From Eubacteriales bacterium (GTDB lineage Bacteria > Bacillota > Clostridia > Oscillospirales > CAG-272), in contig JAZRUG010000032.1 in the NCBI GenBank assembly GCA_045652425.1, positions 111,858-175,857 on the forward strand: 64,000 bases of DNA, written 5' to 3'. Below, piece by piece: positions 1-10,223 of this stretch (positions are counted from its first letter, which is position 1; each line of letters opens with the position of its first letter). The position numbers and the translations under genes were made by a program. Below the pieces are notes generated by a model. It saw only the letters and a program-made list of their open reading frames with translations, had not been told where the DNA came from and ran no database searches.

Positions 1-747
1 TGTTCCAACATCTTTCCAATATCCATCAAAAGAATATGCGAAAAGTTTGTACTTGTCCTCAAGAAGTTTTGGAATAATATTTTTACCAAAATCGTTATTC
101 GACTCGGGATCTTCATTGTCCGCAATAAGATACTTCTTCAAAATCTTCCACTTAAAAATGTAAATACCCATAGAAGCCTTCGTACTCTTCGGCTCCTTCG
201 GTTTTTCTTCAAATTCAAAAATTCTGCCGTCAGGCTTGGTATTCATTATTCCAAAACGGCTTGCTTCTTCAAGCGGCACGTCAAAAACTCCTATCGTGCA
301 GTCTGCTTTCTTGCTCTTATGAAGCTGAAGCATCTTTGAATAATCCATCTTATAAATATGGTCGCCCGAAAGGATAAGCACGTTATCCGGATCGTATCTT
401 TCAAGAAAAGATATATTTTGGAAAATAGCGTTAGCCGTTCCCTTGTACCACTCGGAACTTTCACTCTTTGAATAAGGCGAAAGAACGTGAATACCTCCGT
501 TAGTACTGTTTAATCCCCATGGCATACCGTTACCTATATATTCGTTCAGCTGGAGAGGTTGATACTGCGTAAGAATTCCTACCGTATCTATTCCCGAATT
601 AACACAGTTAGACAACGGAAAGTCAATAAGCCTATATTTCCCCCCGAAAGGAACAGCCGGTTTTGCTGTATTTTCGGTCAGAACCACAAGTCTGCTTCCC
701 TGACCTCCCGCCAATATCATGGCAACACAATCTTTTTTTCTGAACAT
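1..747 (-). CDS. glgC: Glucose-1-phosphate adenylyltransferase (5' part; runs off the window edge)
   Basis: Not in the ORF track. The reverse strand from the ATG at 747 reads [60 protein letters not shown], the GlgC signatures. Directly follows glgB. Confidence 0.95.
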   Translation of the reverse strand, partial: MFRKKDCVAMILAGGQGSRLVVLTENTAKPAVPFGGKYRLIDFPLSNCVNSGIDTVGILTQYQPLQLNEYIGNGMPWGLNSTNGGIHVLSPYSKSESSEWYKGTANAIFQNISFLERYDPDNVLILSGDHIYKMDYSKMLQLHKSKKADCTIGVFDVPLEEASRFGIMNTKPDGRIFEFEEKPKEPKSTKASMGIYIFKWKILKKYLIADNEDPESNNDFGKNIIPKLLEDKYKLFAYSFDGYWKDVGT

Positions 748-749
748 TA

Positions 750-2639
750 TTAGATTCCCTCCAAACTGTTTTTTTGTTTTTTATAGAAAACTGCTGACAT
801 AGCAGGTATTGTAAATTCAGCAGAATAATCATATCCGTGAAAAGATATTCGCTCTGCCAATGCTTTTTTTAATTTAACCGATGAACCGCCGTATTTTTTT
901 CTGTCAGTCGAAAAGACGGGACAATATGTTCCTTTTTTAGATAATCCCAATCTGTAATTAAATCTTGTAACCGGACAAAAATTGAATATGCAGATAATTT
1001 CCTCGTTTCGTCTGTTTATACGCCGAAAAGCAATAATGCTTTGCGCCGAATCGTCAGCCGATATCCACTCAAACCCATTCCAATCGGAATCATTTTCCCA
1101 AAATTGAGAATTATTAAGATAAAAGCTGTTTAAATCCCTAACTGTAGTATGAAGCATTTTATGTTTCTCATACTCAAGCAAGAACCAGTCAAGCTGTTGC
1201 TCGTAATTCCATTCGATAAAGTGACCGAACTCATTTCCCATAAAATTAAGTTTTTTCCCCGGATGCGCAATCATATAAGCGTATAAAACCTTTAAATTTT
1301 CAAACTTCAAAGCATAATCACCGGGCATTTTTTCTATCATAGATTTTTTCCCATGAACTACCTCATCATGAGAAAACGGTAAAATAAAGTTTTCGGAAAA
1401 AGCATAAGTAAGAGAAAACGTCAATCGGTTGTGATCACCTTTTCTGAACAGTGGATCGTTTGACATATAAGAAAGCATATCGTTCATCCAGCCCATATTC
1501 CATTTGTAATTAAACCCAAGTCCACCGAGATACGTCGGCTTTGTAACCATCGGGAAAGCGGTTGATTCTTCAGCAATCATCAAAACCGAACCATTCTCCC
1601 TGAATGCACATTCATTTAACTTTTTCAAAAAGTCTATTGCATCAAGATTATAGTTACCGCCAAACTTGTTTGGAACATAATCATCTCTGCCGTAATCGAG
1701 ATATAGCATAGAAGCTACAGCATCTACTCTTATTCCGTCAATATGATATTCTCTAATCCAAAATAACGCACTTGAAATCAAAAATGACCTTACTTCATTT
1801 CTGGAATAATCAAAAATTCTGGTATTCCACTCCGGATGCTCATTCATTTTTGGATCTCTTACTTCATAACAGCTGGTACCATCATATTCATATAATCCAT
1901 AACTGTCTTTTGGAAAATGAGCCGGAACCCAGTCGAGAATAACACCTATCCCGTTTATATGGCATTTATTTACAAACTCCATAAAAAGTTTTGGTTCGCC
2001 GTATCTGAATGTCGGTGCATAATATCCAGTTACCTGATATCCCCAAGACGGCGGGAATGGGTGTTCCGTTACCGGCATAAGCTCAATATGTGTATATCCC
2101 ATATCTTTAACGTATGAAATTAGAATATCTGCTAATTCCGAATAGTTATATAACGAACCGTCCTCTTTTAACCTCCACGAACCTAAATGCACCTCGTAAA
2201 TATTTACAGGTCTTTCAAGAACATTTTGTCTTTTCTTTCTTGTTCTGTACGCAGAGTCTTTCCACGCAAATCCCGTATAATCGTATATTACACTTGACGT
2301 GTCGGGCAGTTCGGCAAATCTAAAAGCATAAGGATCTATTTTATATTCAAAAGCACCGTTACATTGACCTACATAATATTTATACTTGTCCCCAATTTTA
2401 GCATATTCAGAAAAAGCCTCCCATACACCGTGGGGATTCTTTGTCATTTTTAAGTCTTCTGTGTTCCAAAAGTTGAAATCTCCGACAACGCTTACACTAA
2501 TAGCGCAAGGAGCCCATACTCTGAAACAAAAGCCCTTAATATTCCCCTTGGTTGCAGGGTGGCAGCCCATAAATAAATATGCATTATCACATTCGCCTGA
2601 ATAAAAACTATCCATATTGTACTTTCGATTATTAGCCAT
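750..2639 (-). CDS. glgB: 1,4-alpha-glucan branching enzyme
   Basis: [43 protein letters not shown] and SHDEVVHGK motifs. Start placed at the ATG at 2639 (GGAGG RBS) rather than the track's 2699. Confidence 0.96.
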   Translation of the reverse strand: MANNRKYNMDSFYSGECDNAYLFMGCHPATKGNIKGFCFRVWAPCAISVSVVGDFNFWNTEDLKMTKNPHGVWEAFSEYAKIGDKYKYYVGQCNGAFEYKIDPYAFRFAELPDTSSVIYDYTGFAWKDSAYRTRKKRQNVLERPVNIYEVHLGSWRLKEDGSLYNYSELADILISYVKDMGYTHIELMPVTEHPFPPSWGYQVTGYYAPTFRYGEPKLFMEFVNKCHINGIGVILDWVPAHFPKDSYGLYEYDGTSCYEVRDPKMNEHPEWNTRIFDYSRNEVRSFLISSALFWIREYHIDGIRVDAVASMLYLDYGRDDYVPNKFGGNYNLDAIDFLKKLNECAFRENGSVLMIAEESTAFPMVTKPTYLGGLGFNYKWNMGWMNDMLSYMSNDPLFRKGDHNRLTFSLTYAFSENFILPFSHDEVVHGKKSMIEKMPGDYALKFENLKVLYAYMIAHPGKKLNFMGNEFGHFIEWNYEQQLDWFLLEYEKHKMLHTTVRDLNSFYLNNSQFWENDSDWNGFEWISADDSAQSIIAFRRINRRNEEIICIFNFCPVTRFNYRLGLSKKGTYCPVFSTDRKKYGGSSVKLKKALAERISFHGYDYSAEFTIPAMSAVFYKKQKNSLEGI

Positions 2640-2799
2640 AATGCCTCCAAATGTCAATTCTGACATGTATATTATATAACATTTAGTGTTACTTTTCAAC
2701 TATTTCACCAATTTTTATTCATATTTTTTTGTTTTTTTGTTGATTATGTATTGAAATAAGTGTTATTTTATATTAATATAGAAACAGAGGTGATAAAAA

Positions 2800-4230
2800 A
2801 TGAGCAGAAAAAGCGGAATATTGATGCATATTTCGTCACTTTACGGTGATTATTCTTGCGGCAGCTTTGGAAAAAGCGCTTTTGAATTTATAGATTTTTT
2901 AGCGGAATGCGGATTTACTTATTGGCAGGTGCTTCCTTTCTGCATTACAGATGAACATAATTCCCCCTATATGTCTTATTCATCTGTAGGCGGAAATATG
3001 AATTTTATCGACCTTGATGTTCTCTACCAAAAAGGTCTTATTACCCCAGAAGAACTCAAGGAAAGCAAACAGCAAACACCATACTTATGTGAATTTGACA
3101 GGCTGAAAAAAGAACGTTTTAAATTACTGAAAAAAGCGGCTTCAAGGGTAAAAAACAAAAAAGAAATAACCGACTTTATTACTACAAATCAAGACATAAA
3201 ATTATGCTGTGAATTTATGGCGCTGAAAGATGCAAATGATAATAAACCCTGGAATGAATGGACTATATTAACTCCGACAGACGAATATCTTTTTGTTTGG
3301 CAATTTATACAGTATGAATTTCATATACAATGGAATAAAGTACACGAGTATGCAACAAATAAAGGCATAAAGATTATAGGCGATCTCCCCTTTTACGTAG
3401 CCTATGACAGTTGTGACGTAAGAAATAACATTAACCAATTTATGCTCGACGATATTAACAAACCCGAATTAGTTGCAGGTGTCCCTCCAGATTATTTTTC
3501 AGAAGAGGGACAACTTTGGGGAAATCCTATCTACAATTGGACACAAATGAAAAAAGATGATTATCAATGGTGGAAGAAACGCCTATCATACACCTTTGAT
3601 CTCTTTGACGGTGTAAGAATCGACCATTTCAGAGCCTTATCTGAATACTGGGCAGTCCCCGCAGACGCCAAAACCGCAAAGCAAGGAAATTGGTATAAAG
3701 GTCCTGCCGAAGAAATGATTGACGTTATAAAAAACATTGCAAATAACAGGCTTGTTATAGCGGAAAATCTCGGTTTAATTGACCAAAAAGTTAATGATCT
3801 TTTATCCTACAGCGACTTTCCCGGAATGGCAGTTTTTCAGTTTGGATTTGACGGAAACACAAAAAATCCGCATCTACCGCATAACTATCCAAGCAACATC
3901 GTTGCATACACAGGCACTCACGACAACAACACGCTTCTCGGTTTTATATGGGAGTTAGATAATTATACACGAAACACAGTGTTGGAATATGTCGGATTTA
4001 CAGATGCAGATTGGAATAAATGTTACGACACCATAATAAGAGCTATGTATATGAGTACTGCTGACACCTTAATAATGCCAATTCAGGATATTTTAGGTTA
4101 TGGGGCAGATACAAGACTTAATACCCCCGGAAAAGCGGACGGAAACTGGTGTTACAGAATAACCAAAGACCAACTTGAGTCTATTGACAAAAATAAATTC
4201 AAACGTTTGAATCAAATCTATGCAAGATAA
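2800..4230 (+). CDS. malQ: 4-alpha-glucanotransferase (GH77)
   Basis: SGILMHISSL, GVPPDYFSEEGQLWGNPIY, RIDHFR, YTGTHDNNT and NTPG motifs. Confidence 0.95.
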   Translation: MSRKSGILMHISSLYGDYSCGSFGKSAFEFIDFLAECGFTYWQVLPFCITDEHNSPYMSYSSVGGNMNFIDLDVLYQKGLITPEELKESKQQTPYLCEFDRLKKERFKLLKKAASRVKNKKEITDFITTNQDIKLCCEFMALKDANDNKPWNEWTILTPTDEYLFVWQFIQYEFHIQWNKVHEYATNKGIKIIGDLPFYVAYDSCDVRNNINQFMLDDINKPELVAGVPPDYFSEEGQLWGNPIYNWTQMKKDDYQWWKKRLSYTFDLFDGVRIDHFRALSEYWAVPADAKTAKQGNWYKGPAEEMIDVIKNIANNRLVIAENLGLIDQKVNDLLSYSDFPGMAVFQFGFDGNTKNPHLPHNYPSNIVAYTGTHDNNTLLGFIWELDNYTRNTVLEYVGFTDADWNKCYDTIIRAMYMSTADTLIMPIQDILGYGADTRLNTPGKADGNWCYRITKDQLESIDKNKFKRLNQIYAR

Positions 4231-4266
4231 AAAGAATTGCACACAAGCTTGTGTGCAATTCTTTTT
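4229..4266. terminator. Bidirectional intrinsic terminator
   Basis: Perfect palindrome AAAAAGAATTGCACACAAGCTTGTGTGCAATTCTTTTT between convergent genes. Confidence 0.85.
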
Positions 4267-5171
4267 TATACCTCAATTTCTTCCGTTGGCTTGGGATTCA
4301 AATGCTCATCAAATTCGGTTATTATCTTTTCCCTGTTCTCTTCATCTATGCGATAACTCTTGTTCTTCCACTCGAAATAATAATCGTCTTCAACTTCATA
4401 TATGTATATTGGCTCAAGTTTTTTTCCTTCAGCATCCTGCATTTGAAATATTATCTTATATTTCCATTCTTCAGGTAGTTCAATTTTTTCTTTCTTGGCT
4501 GTATTCACGCTATAGCGTAATACAGAAACAAGCCCATAATTAAAATGTTCATTCTTTTCGACTCCTGCAATATTCTCTTCAGGTTCATCGGCAATATATA
4601 TTTCAGCTTTTACATAATCATCCCATACAATATGATTGGTAAAGTTTTCCGTCTGTCCTCCGTAAAGACTTGATGTCGGCACTAAAAACAAATACGGAGC
4701 CGTAATAACTGCAAGTATAAGAGACAATACCCTTTTAGTTTTTTGGTCGGTAATCTTTCTGAAAGAAATAAATCTATTAAAAATATATATGAGAACAGCA
4801 GATACAACAACCGCCAAACAAGTATATAACAATGCGTAAACGTTGTCAAAAGGATTCATCGCTACGGGGCCTGTTAAATATTCATAGAAGAAACCGTCAG
4901 ACTCAACAAATTGAGTAGCAAGGAGTACTATTCCGCCTAAAATATCCGCCGCAAATCCAAACAAAAACACCCAGAATATTGTCTTCTTATACAGAGAAAG
5001 TTTTTCTTCGGTACGCAACAAATACATTCCAAAAAGCAAAACCAAACTATCAATAATAAAATTAGCCGGTATTACGAGCAACCACGTCATCGGAAATATG
5101 AATAACAGCCACACGGGAAACATTACGTTATAAAATTTAATATCCTTGTTTTTTCCTTTTAAGTCTTTCAA
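4266..5171 (-). CDS. Hypothetical membrane protein (about 5 N-terminal TM helices, acidic C-terminal domain)
   Basis: 301-aa ORF with TTG start after an AAGGAG RBS. Hydrophobic N-terminal half; no family recognised. Confidence 0.75.
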   Translation of the reverse strand: MKDLKGKNKDIKFYNVMFPVWLLFIFPMTWLLVIPANFIIDSLVLLFGMYLLRTEEKLSLYKKTIFWVFLFGFAADILGGIVLLATQFVESDGFFYEYLTGPVAMNPFDNVYALLYTCLAVVVSAVLIYIFNRFISFRKITDQKTKRVLSLILAVITAPYLFLVPTSSLYGGQTENFTNHIVWDDYVKAEIYIADEPEENIAGVEKNEHFNYGLVSVLRYSVNTAKKEKIELPEEWKYKIIFQMQDAEGKKLEPIYIYEVEDDYYFEWKNKSYRIDEENREKIITEFDEHLNPKPTEEIEV

Positions 5172-5270
5172 TTTTACTTCTCTCCTTTTTTTATTTTTAC
5201 AATAAATTTTATTGAATTATTCAAAAATGTATGATATACTGACTATATAAGAAAAAGTGAGGTAAAGTAC

Positions 5271-5762
5271 ATGAAAAAAATAATCAGTATTCTTCTTATA
5301 TGTGTTATCTGTTTGGTTTCCTGTTCAACAGCAAAAAACAAATCAGACGACAATAACTACAGAGATGACGTTGAAGTTTCTGCAATATCTGCTAAAATTT
5401 CAGAAATCGCAAACATTTCGGCTCTTACACAGGCTGATGAAGGCTGGGTAGCGTTAAATATTCCGCTTGACACCTCTTTGTGCGACGAAAGTTCTGTTTA
5501 TATTCATACTGAAGGCTCGTCAGATATGTTTGGCGTGTTCAAAGCATCGTCAATTGAAAATGCTGAAAAATTTTTGGCAGATACCGAAGTGTTTTTGGAA
5601 ACCCTCGAAGAAAACTGGATGAGCGAATATCTTGCAGAAGAATTCCCAAAAATCGAAAATGCCATCGCTAAAAGATGTGGTCTGTACGTAACATTTCTTA
5701 TATTTGATGACAACGTAAGAACAAGTGCAGAAACTGAATTTGAAAATATGCTAAAAAAATAA
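5271..5762 (+). CDS. Lipoprotein, DUF4358-like
   Basis: Lipobox (LVSC). The C-terminal 'YLAEEFPKIENA..GLYVTFLI' resembles DUF4358. TTGAAT-17-TATACT promoter upstream. Confidence 0.7.
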   Translation: MKKIISILLICVICLVSCSTAKNKSDDNNYRDDVEVSAISAKISEIANISALTQADEGWVALNIPLDTSLCDESSVYIHTEGSSDMFGVFKASSIENAEKFLADTEVFLETLEENWMSEYLAEEFPKIENAIAKRCGLYVTFLIFDDNVRTSAETEFENMLKK

Positions 5763-5824
5763 ACTTTCTTATATTTTAACAATTTTATCGGTATATGTCA
5801 ACCGATTTTTAGGAGGAATCTATT

Positions 5825-6703
5825 ATGAAAAAGACAAAAATAACAGCATTAGTTTTAACCGCTGTAATAGTAATTGCAATTTTAATTTTGGGCATTACCG
5901 CAACGAGCACCGTTCCTGCAGGTCATACAGGTATAGTCGTTACTTTCGGTCGTGTAGAAAACTACGTTCTCAATGAAGGTTTACACTTTAAGTTGCCCTG
6001 GCAGCAGATTATTATAATGGATAACAGAAACCAGAAAGCTCAACTTGACTTCCAAGCTTTCTCAAGCGATATTCAGCAAGTTAACGTTAAATGCTCTGTA
6101 AACTACAGCATAAATAAAGAAACATCGCAAAACCTTTACAAAAACATCGGTGTTGCATATTATAACACCGTAGTTGAACCAAGAATTATTGAAAACGTAA
6201 AATCTATTATCGCAAAATATACTGCAGAAAACCTTATTAAATCACGTGATTCCCTTTCAGGTCAAACCAAAGAAATGCTCTCTCCCGAAATGGATGCATA
6301 CGGAATTAACATTTTAAGTGTAGCAATTGAAGATATTGACTTTACAGATGTATTCACAAACGCTGTTGAAGCAAAACAGGTTGCTGAACAATCAAAACTC
6401 CAGGCTACCATCGAGCAGGAACAAAAGAATATGGAACAGGAAGCCGAGGCAAAACGTAAAGTTATTGCTGCAGAAGCAGAAGCCTCCGTTGCAAAAATTC
6501 AGGCTGATGCTGATGCGTATGCAGTTGCAGTTCAAGCAAAAGCAGAAGCAGAAGCAAACGAAAAACTTGCTGCGTCACTTACAGAGCTTCTTGTAAAATA
6601 TAATGAAACAATGCAATGGAACGGTGAACTTCCTCAAATTGTTGGAAGCGACTCTGTTCTCCCCGTTCTTGATGTTGAAAAAACGGAAACCAATAATACA
6701 TAA
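5825..6703 (+). CDS. SPFH / band 7 / prohibitin family membrane protein
   Basis: N-terminal TM, VPAGHTGIVVTFG..EGLHFKLPW, and an AVEAKQVAEQ Ala/Glu-rich coiled coil. Confidence 0.9.
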   Translation: MKKTKITALVLTAVIVIAILILGITATSTVPAGHTGIVVTFGRVENYVLNEGLHFKLPWQQIIIMDNRNQKAQLDFQAFSSDIQQVNVKCSVNYSINKETSQNLYKNIGVAYYNTVVEPRIIENVKSIIAKYTAENLIKSRDSLSGQTKEMLSPEMDAYGINILSVAIEDIDFTDVFTNAVEAKQVAEQSKLQATIEQEQKNMEQEAEAKRKVIAAEAEASVAKIQADADAYAVAVQAKAEAEANEKLAASLTELLVKYNETMQWNGELPQIVGSDSVLPVLDVEKTETNNT

Positions 6704-6734
6704 AAAACAGTGCGTGAATACGCACTGTTTTTTT
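6703..6734. terminator. Bidirectional intrinsic terminator
   Basis: AAAAACAGTGCGT-gaat-ACGCACTGTTTTT between convergent genes. Confidence 0.8.
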
Positions 6735-6735
6735 A

Positions 6736-7239
6736 TTAATTCAGAATTATAACACCAAGGTTTAAATATGTAGCAAACGCAAGCCAGACCGCATAAGGTA
6801 TAAGCAAATACGCGTATAACGGTTTTATTTTTCTATACTCTATAATACAAATCAGATTTAGTATAAAAATTACAATGATGTCAACCAAAGCAGCTACAAA
6901 CTCTCCACGTCCGAAAAAAATCGGATACCACAAAAGATTTATAAGAAAACCTATAAAAGCAAAAACAAGACCGTTTTTTCTATTCTCTTCTTTGAGTGGG
7001 TCATTCAAAAAATATACACTTCCGTTTACCCCGCCGATTATAATATAAAGTATCGACCACACTACTGCAAACAGTTCGGGAGGGGGAGACAACGGCGGTT
7101 TATTCAGTCCCGCATATGCATTTGAATCGCCTGTGAGAATCGCAGAAAAGAAACCTAAAATCAAAAAACACAGCGCAAAAACAGTCGTATATATTAAACT
7201 TCCTTTTTCTCCGTTATCTTTTTTTATAGAATTATTCAA
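6736..7239 (-). CDS. tspO: TspO/MBR tryptophan-rich sensory protein
   Basis: LNKPPLSPPPELFAVVWSILY, LLWYPIFF and LLIPYAVWLAFATYLN motifs. Probable TTG start at 7239 behind GAGGTG. Confidence 0.88.
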   Translation of the reverse strand: MNNSIKKDNGEKGSLIYTTVFALCFLILGFFSAILTGDSNAYAGLNKPPLSPPPELFAVVWSILYIIIGGVNGSVYFLNDPLKEENRKNGLVFAFIGFLINLLWYPIFFGRGEFVAALVDIIVIFILNLICIIEYRKIKPLYAYLLIPYAVWLAFATYLNLGVIILN

Positions 7240-7317
7240 AAAAATCACCTCATAGAAATGTATGAGGTGATTTTGGATTTTATGAGTAAACCAATCGGGC
7301 AAAGCTGCCGATTTGTC

Positions 7318-10113
7318 TTATCCTGTGGTTTGCGTAGGGGTATCAGGCGGTCCGCCCGGCGCTGTCGTCGCAACTGGATTAGTTCCGCTTGATTCACTTC
7401 CGGGAGTCGTCTCCTTCTGTCCGTCCGGAGGTACAGTAGTTACAACTTCCGGCGGTGCGGTCGTTTCTTCGACATAAGGAGTCTTTATATGCTCAACACA
7501 TGAATGGTTAAAATGCGTTTTACTACCTACAGTACCAACATATCTTCCATCTGTAGCTGTCATAAAGTATGGCTCGTTAAGATTTGTGGACATAGACAAA
7601 TCTTCCTTCAAATTTCTGCAAGTATATTCAGCATCAGTAACCGTAACTTGTATCGGGAAGTTTCTGTCACTTGCATCAACAAGAGCAATCTCAATTACAT
7701 CTTTGGGAGGACATCCGGGACAAGCAATAGATTTTGTTTTTTCATCATATTTAACCAAAACGTGCTTATTGCAGTATGTTTTAGGTTCTGTTCCCGGAGC
7801 AAAGTATGCAGTAAAGCCTCTGCCGCCTCTGGGATCTTTGCTACACGTAGAGGTACAAATCAATCCCGAATCTCTGCATACAGTTCTGGCTACTTCGTTT
7901 GAATAAGTGAATTTCTTTACACCCTCTCCGGATTCTGCAGCCTCATCAAAATACTTCTGATGAGCAATAGTCATAACCTTATCCCAAATATATGCTGCAG
8001 GGTTTCCGCTAACTTTAGAAAGACTGTCCGGTTCAGCGTAACCATACCAAACACCGCCTAAAAGGTAAGGTGTGTAACCAATAAACCATCTGTCGTGGTC
8101 GGCATTTGTAGTACCTGTTTTACCTGCAACGTTAACACGGTTTCTCAAATTCACAGCGTGTCTTGCAGTACCGCTGTCAACAACGCCTTTCAACATTCTC
8201 GTCATAATCGACGCATTTGTTTCACTGATTACTACCGAACTTTCACAACCGTCATCAAGTATAAGGTTATCATCATTATCAAGAACTTCGGTATAAAGTC
8301 TTGGATTGTTATACGTACCCTTGTTTGTAAAAATACTGTATGCGGCAGTTATTTCAAGGTTGGTAACACCATAGTTCATTTCACCCATCGCAAGTGCAAC
8401 CAAGCCTTTATCGGATATCCATTCGCCGTTTGAAAGTTGAAGCTTTTCAATCATACTGTCCATATGAAGCTTATTCTTCGCAAAATCGAATGATGCTTCA
8501 CACGTCAAATCTTGAAGTACTCTCACAGCGACGGTGTTTTTTGAAACACAAACAGCATAATCAACCGTCGTTCTGCCGTCGTATCTCTTCGGAGAGTTAT
8601 TTGGCCACCCGCTATTTCTCGTAATCGTTTGACCGGTTTCGTCATAATAATACGTAACGTTTCCGCCGTTCACTGTATATTTACCCGTATCAAAGTTAAC
8701 GGGAACATCATCATATACAGCGCCCATTGTAATTACACCTGCCTCAAGTGCGGGTGCGTATACCGTAACAGGTTTTATAGATGAACCCGGTGATCTTGTG
8801 GTTTGCGTTGCATAGTTAAGTATCAAGTTGCCCTGCTTCTTACCACGGCCTCCCGCTATACCAAGAACGTCACCGGTCGTCGGATGAATTATAACCATTG
8901 AAGATTCGGGTTTAAATACACCGGGGAGACGGCTATCCTGGAACACTTCGGTATCACTTACATATACAGAATCAAGCGCTGCTTGAATATCGGGATCAAG
9001 AACTGTATAAATTTTCAAACCGCCCGAATAAAGCATATTGTAAGCAAGGTTTTCGGGATACCCCTTCTCTTCTTGAAGTCTCTCAACAATAGATCTGATT
9101 ACAGCATCCGTGTACCAAGTATTGTAATCTTCTTCATTTGTTGACGGTTCACCCTCTACATTAGCAATATTCTTTGCCAAAACCAGTTCTTCATTTAATG
9201 CGTCTTGATATTCGCTGTAAGTTATCTTGCCAAGCTCATACATCTTGTAAAGAACCGTACTTCTTCTCTCTTTGTTGTTTTCAGGATTCTGTATAGGGTC
9301 CCACTTAGTAGGCGCCTGCGTAATTGAAGCAAGAGCAGCACACTCAACAAGAGAAAGTTCGCTTACGTCTTTTCCAAAATAAACGTTAGCCGCCGCCTGA
9401 ACACCATAACAACCTTGAGACAAATATATCGTATTCAAATACAACTCAAGCACTTCGGTCTTGTCTTTGGTCTTATTGAGATAAAGCGCTCTCATTATTT
9501 CCTGAAGTTTTCGCTGAATAGTAACATCTTTTTCGTTGGTTATATTTTTTATAAGCTGCTGTGTAATGGTAGAACCACCGAAATGGTCGCCGCCCGTAAA
9601 GAAATAATACGTAGCGCCGACAGTTCTCTTCCAGTCAACACCGCTATGAGTCCAATAACGTTCATCCTCAATCGAAACAAATGCTTCATACAGATACGTG
9701 GGCATTTCGGTAAAACTAACCCAAATTCTGTTTTCAGAACCATACAACGTTTCACTTTCAAGCTCAACCGGCGTACCAACTCTGTTTTCTCTGTCGGTAT
9801 AATCCATATAGTAAATCTTCGACGACAGTTTCTGTTCAGTAGATATAGTATCAAAGTCATCGATTACAGGGTCAATGTAATTCTTTATATACATTGCAAA
9901 TGCGCCGACAACTATCAACCCGGTTATAAAACCAATAAGCAAAACAGTAAGAAGAAATATTGCAAAACCTGAAAGAATCTTGCTGAATATACTTCTCTCT
10001 TTCGGCGCCTTATTCTTCTTTTTATTTTCTTTTGTTCGTTTCTTTCGAATTAAAGCATCAGTTTTATCGACCGGAGTTTTTGCTTTTATCCTTGGATCCT
10101 TATTTTGATTCAT
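7318..10113 (-). CDS. Class A penicillin-binding protein (PBP1A family) with Cys-rich and Pro/Thr-rich tail
   Basis: Transglycosylase motifs EDERYWTHSGVD, GGSTITQQL and RKLQE. Transpeptidase motifs SSIK, SKN and KTG. Confidence 0.95.
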   Translation of the reverse strand: MNQNKDPRIKAKTPVDKTDALIRKKRTKENKKKNKAPKERSIFSKILSGFAIFLLTVLLIGFITGLIVVGAFAMYIKNYIDPVIDDFDTISTEQKLSSKIYYMDYTDRENRVGTPVELESETLYGSENRIWVSFTEMPTYLYEAFVSIEDERYWTHSGVDWKRTVGATYYFFTGGDHFGGSTITQQLIKNITNEKDVTIQRKLQEIMRALYLNKTKDKTEVLELYLNTIYLSQGCYGVQAAANVYFGKDVSELSLVECAALASITQAPTKWDPIQNPENNKERRSTVLYKMYELGKITYSEYQDALNEELVLAKNIANVEGEPSTNEEDYNTWYTDAVIRSIVERLQEEKGYPENLAYNMLYSGGLKIYTVLDPDIQAALDSVYVSDTEVFQDSRLPGVFKPESSMVIIHPTTGDVLGIAGGRGKKQGNLILNYATQTTRSPGSSIKPVTVYAPALEAGVITMGAVYDDVPVNFDTGKYTVNGGNVTYYYDETGQTITRNSGWPNNSPKRYDGRTTVDYAVCVSKNTVAVRVLQDLTCEASFDFAKNKLHMDSMIEKLQLSNGEWISDKGLVALAMGEMNYGVTNLEITAAYSIFTNKGTYNNPRLYTEVLDNDDNLILDDGCESSVVISETNASIMTRMLKGVVDSGTARHAVNLRNRVNVAGKTGTTNADHDRWFIGYTPYLLGGVWYGYAEPDSLSKVSGNPAAYIWDKVMTIAHQKYFDEAAESGEGVKKFTYSNEVARTVCRDSGLICTSTCSKDPRGGRGFTAYFAPGTEPKTYCNKHVLVKYDEKTKSIACPGCPPKDVIEIALVDASDRNFPIQVTVTDAEYTCRNLKEDLSMSTNLNEPYFMTATDGRYVGTVGSKTHFNHSCVEHIKTPYVEETTAPPEVVTTVPPDGQKETTPGSESSGTNPVATTAPGGPPDTPTQTTG

Positions 10114-10223
10114 ATCTATCCTCCGTTAACATACGGTAAGTTTATTACAATTAACCATATATGGCATATTATAACACATAATTTTAAATTTGTTGTTAAT
10201 TTCTAAAATAATTTTATTAATTT

